From Selaginella moellendorffii (lineage: Eukaryota > Plantae > Lycopodiophyta), in NCBI RefSeq assembly GCF_000143415.4, contig NW_003314307.1:1220952-1284951 (forward strand): a DNA stretch of 64,000 nt. Direction: 5' to 3'. The notes below the pieces were generated by a model, which saw only the letters and a list, made by a program, of their open reading frames with translations, did not search any database and was not told where the DNA came from. Every line of letters starts with the position of its first letter. The stretch's first letter is position 1. Both the position numbers and the translations under genes were made by a program. Positions 59,983 through 64,000 of the stretch are shown here, piece by piece.

Positions 59983-61005
59983 ATGAGAATGAATTTTTTT
60001 CTTATATACATTTTTTTCATTTTAAATTCATTAATATTTGTATTGTCACCACCTCCTACTCCAGCTACTGACCCTAGTGTGGTTTATATTAGAAATCCCT
60101 TTGTTCTTAATGTAAATATATTCAGGCGCACTTTAAGGCATACTTTATTGTATATTTACTCAAGGTTTCAAGATGGCCAAACATATCCCCCATCATTACA
60201 AACTTTGATCATCATCTTTCGTAGATCAAGGATTAGGATGACTGTAAATTTATATATTTTAGCTCCTGGAGTCACTGGTCCAGAGAGTCTTGTATCACAT
60301 ACTTGCACAACTGATCCAACAAGCCGATTTGGTTATCAAGGTCCTGAAATTAGAATAATTTTTGAAAGAATTGTAACCTCTATTGTTGACTATGCTGCAT
60401 CAGACCCTCATCGTATATCTTTTTGTGCAGAAATTCGAGTTGTATTTTTAAATCTTATGATTGACTATACCTTCTCTGCAATGCTTCCTCATGATTTATT
60501 AATGCATATCAATTCTACTGATAAACCAATATCTATAATTCCAATAAAAAAAGTAATTCCTTTGCAAATAAAGGATGTCTATAGTGAAAATTGTTGGGCA
60601 TTTTCAACTGTACTTGTTGGGCAAAATGCTGATATAGTTGGCTCAACTATTGATATTAACAATAGTATAACTTCAGGAAATAGAAAATTTAAACTAACCT
60701 TAGATAATAATTGCAAGCTAGTGCTATATAGGATTGGCTATAACACTATCCTTTGGACTAGTAAACATAACTTTAAACCTGTTCAAAATTGTTATGCACA
60801 TTTGCAAAAGGATGGTAATTTTGTGATTAAAGAAGATAATACATATCTACAACCTAAAGATGATAATAACAAATTTATTTATTGGGCTAGTAATATTTAT
60901 TGCAAACCACAACCTTCATGTGAGATCACAACAACACTAGTTATTACAAACTATGGTAATGTTATTATTTATTGGAAAGGAAGGGTCTTTTGGAAAGCTC
61001 TTTAA
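59983..61005 (+). CDS. Secreted protein with C-terminal bulb-type (GNA/B-) lectin domain and an unrecognised N-terminal domain
   Basis: 340-aa intronless ORF with hydrophobic leader; C-terminus SGNRKFKLTL..NCKLVLY..LWTS, LQKDGNFVI..WASN, LVITNYGNVIIY...FW. Confidence 0.75.
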   Translation: MRMNFFLIYIFFILNSLIFVLSPPPTPATDPSVVYIRNPFVLNVNIFRRTLRHTLLYIYSRFQDGQTYPPSLQTLIIIFRRSRIRMTVNLYILAPGVTGPESLVSHTCTTDPTSRFGYQGPEIRIIFERIVTSIVDYAASDPHRISFCAEIRVVFLNLMIDYTFSAMLPHDLLMHINSTDKPISIIPIKKVIPLQIKDVYSENCWAFSTVLVGQNADIVGSTIDINNSITSGNRKFKLTLDNNCKLVLYRIGYNTILWTSKHNFKPVQNCYAHLQKDGNFVIKEDNTYLQPKDDNNKFIYWASNIYCKPQPSCEITTTLVITNYGNVIIYWKGRVFWKAL

Positions 61006-61084
61006 ATTACTAATTTAAAAATTATTAACTTGAATAAATTTTTTATTAGAAAATTAAATATTATGAAATTCATTTAAAACACTT

Positions 61085-62910
61085 CTAAGACTTTCATCAT
61101 TAAACAGTAAGGAATGCCACATGGCCATGGCCTACTCTATACCCTTCTGACCCAATTCAATTGCAAGTCACTCATTTTTTTTGTCATGACTTCCACTATA
61201 TCCTCCTTTATTTTCTTCATCTCTGCTTGGATGTCCACTATAGTTGGCATTAGATTTGGAATTGCACTTGTTGAAACTTGCCATTGTCACTGTTGTTAGC
61301 AGCTATAGTCCATCATCCCAAGGCTTGTTCCAAATACTCCAAAAGGCTGTTGTCCAGTAGGCATTGGTTGCTACAGCAAGGACCTCCCATCATAGAATTC
61401 ATCATTCCATCACTGAAAGCTCCCAATCCAGGATTACTATAGTGGCATTTCATCTTGAGCTACACTTGCTCCCATGTTCCCACAAGACAAATTGCATAGG
61501 CCAAAGTTTGTGGATTATGGCATGAGACATGAAAGTTAACTGCATGAGGCAAGTCATTTATGTAGTATTGTGCTTGCTCCTCTTCTGTTAGCTATGGTTG
61601 CTTCTTGAGGATCAATCCCTTGAACCTTAATGTATAGCTTTGTAAACTCTCACCCGGCAAAATTTGGAAATGACTCAAATCACTTATGAGTCGTTGTGAA
61701 AAGCTTATTAGCTAGAAGGTAGTTAAAAAGGATGCCCTCAACACTACCCAATCTATTGCTGCTGGAACTTGAGCCATTCATTCTTCAACTACGCCCTGTA
61801 ACGTGGCTGGAAAAAGTTTCCTATGATTTGTTGCATTTGCCTCATCATTTGCTATGGATGTATTCTTGAACGCTATCATGTGGGCATCTAGATTTCCTAT
61901 ACTATTAAAGATGGTATACTTCATTTTTATCATTGCCATACTCCCTATTTGTTGCTGTTGAGGTTGTTGTACTTGTTGAATTGGTGGCTGCTACTACTGC
62001 TCTATTGGTTGTTGCTGTAGTAGTGACAACTGGAACTCTTGCCACTCATCTTCTTGTTCCTGATTGTTCTCTTGCTTGCTGATAAGATTGCTTGGCTGAG
62101 GATTTGCACTCCTTGCTTTTGGACTCTTAAGATCATAAACCAATGGTGGATTTCTCACAAGAATTCTCACCTCTCTCTCACATCTTTGCTTTGTTTGTCT
62201 TTCCTCTTGCTCTTGCGCTTGTACAAGTCTTGCCAAGTACTTTTAACTTCTTTGGCTCATACGCCAGGAAGGAACAGCCTTGATCTAGTGAGGGTAGCCT
62301 AGCTTCTTCTAGTGCTCACCCTTCTACCACAATCTTCATGCTTGCTTTGCTTCCTTGGCAGTGCACCAAAAGATGTCGCTCCTCGCAACAACACTCTAAC
62401 GAAGTGGATAATCATTGCTGCCTAGTCTCGTCCCTAGCCTCTTCGGCAACCTCTGTTACAACCTTTGCCAACATCCTAACCCAAGGCTGCCCACAGGTTG
62501 GACAACTCACATAGATTGGTTGATCTTGAGTGATTCTTGTTATGATGCACTCCTCAAACAACTGTAGTTGCTGCTGCATTGCCAACCTCCACTCCACGTG
62601 CTCCAAAGCTGTTGGATGAGGCATCCTTCCAAGAACCTTCTCTTTTATTTCACTGCCTCACTTCTACACACATGTTATGCCCGGAAATTGGTTGTTTGCC
62701 CTCTTTTCAACCTCTGGCACCAAGGGTAACATCCTGTTTTCAGCCAAATATTTCCTTATTCCCTCACTATAACCAAAAAAAGAAGGAAAAACTCCCGACT
62801 TCAACCAAGTCTTATTCTTGAGCTGGCTTTGGCCCTCAACAATAGGCTCAAAGGGTGGAATGTTAGTAGTGCTAGAGGCCAACAATTGTAGCACTATGAC
62901 AGTTATACAA
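61085..62910 (-). mobile_element. Decayed 5' part (LTR, PBS, gag) of a relative of the young OTA Gypsy
   Basis: PBS TGGTGCACTGCC at 62368-62357. Degenerate gag KMKYTIF...DAHMIAF..NDEA...KLFPAT is homologous to the 27418 ORF. Putative LTR 62374-~62910. Confidence 0.8.
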
Positions 62911-63299
62911 CATTTTTGTTTTATTACATTCTTTTATTCAGTTTCTCTATGTTGATTCCATTTACATAAGCTTAGGTGTAATCAAACTTTTTTGCCCAAA
63001 CATCATAAAACAAAGAAGAGTGAAGTAGAACCATATTAAAGTTTTTTTTTGTCACTCTTTTTTGTAAATCAACAGATAAGTTACGCTAACATATTTCATT
63101 GATAGACATAATTTCTACACATTCAGTAGGAAACCATTGAGTCCAACATAGAGTTTCATTAGAGAAAAAAAATTTTATTCACCATAAAATTGAAATGCAA
63201 ATGTGAACACTATGGCTAAGTAGAAAAGAAGTCCCATGACACTAGCCACCACCATGCCCCCTCATAAAGCCGCTATGGCCAAGTAAGGCTAATGTAAAC

Positions 63300-63680
63300 C
63301 ATACCATTATCTATATTGAAATCATGAACAACAACACTATCTTTATTAAAAACTATATTATGTTCCAACCTTAGAATAATGCTTAAAATAATTATATGTT
63401 ATCTATATTAAAAACAATATTGTGTTTCACATATAATGTGCCATAACATTATCTATATTAGAAATCAGATTGTGTCCTAGTTTTAAAATTGTGCTTGAGA
63501 TAATCATATGTTATCTACATTAAAGACCATATTGTGTTCCAATTTTGTATTACATATATCATCAAATAGATTATATTCTGTTTTTAAAATATAAAGAGAA
63601 CAATATTTTTTCTACATTAAAAAACAAATTAATTTATAGTTTAAGAATAATACTTCAGTGAATCATATGTTATCTACAGA
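63300..63680 (+). repeat. Degenerate AT-rich repeat (core TATGTTATCTAYATTAAA..ATTGTG, ~50-110-bp spacing)
   Basis: Core recurs near 63306, 63345, 63395, 63448, 63506, 63610 and 63665. Confidence 0.5.
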
Positions 63681-64000
63681 CTGATTTATAGTTGCATAAT
63701 AGGATTCATAGAATCAAATGTTATGTATATTGATAACTTGATTCAGTTCCAGTTTCATAACTATACTTTGGAGAGAATTATGTCAGAACACATATATGTA
63801 TACTATAGTAATTATAAGACTTTGATCCCAAATCAATGTACTCTTGCAAGGGAATCTTGCAACCTCACATGGTTGAAAAAGAATATTCACCTATTTCATT
63901 TTATTCAATTTTTGTGAGAGTTATGTGAAAAACCATATAGAAAAATAAAAAACCATATATGTCATATTGACGGGTGTGCTGTGGACAAAGCAAAAAGTCC

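Overview
Land-plant nuclear DNA, probably a compact lycophyte-type genome such as Selaginella (an inference from TTTAGGG repeats, ~50-nt introns and dense GC-rich genes). Bases 1-48.7 kb are a nested transposon cluster. An old chromoviral Ty3/Gypsy (element A, ~4282-40685) hosts four insertions. (i) A >=14.7-kb DNA transposon (4598-19325) with 24-bp TIRs and a GTCT TSD, containing two divergent genes: a Sola-like/DUF7869-type transposase pseudogene and a large multi-exon cargo gene that appears to fuse a ParB/Srx-like domain, a degenerate beta-class DNA amino-methyltransferase fold, an acidic linker and an FCP1/NIF-type HAD phosphatase. This element carries ~25-30 copies of a 22-24-bp palindrome (AATGGCRTGnGGCCnCAYGCCATT) and internal telomere repeats. 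(ii) A very young OTA-clade Gypsy (19725-27960) with apparently identical LTRs and 2-3 tandem protease domains. (iii) A decayed Gypsy (element B, 28505-33911). (iv) A Cassandra-like TRIM with 5S rRNA-derived LTRs, split by a 2.9-kb inversion. Bases 49-57 kb hold three host genes: a TMK-type LRR receptor kinase, a DREB2/ABI4-like AP2 factor and a TPR-metallo-beta-lactamase fusion. An AT-rich gene for a secreted B-lectin fusion and further Gypsy debris follow. All family calls were made by eye from motifs; no database search was run.
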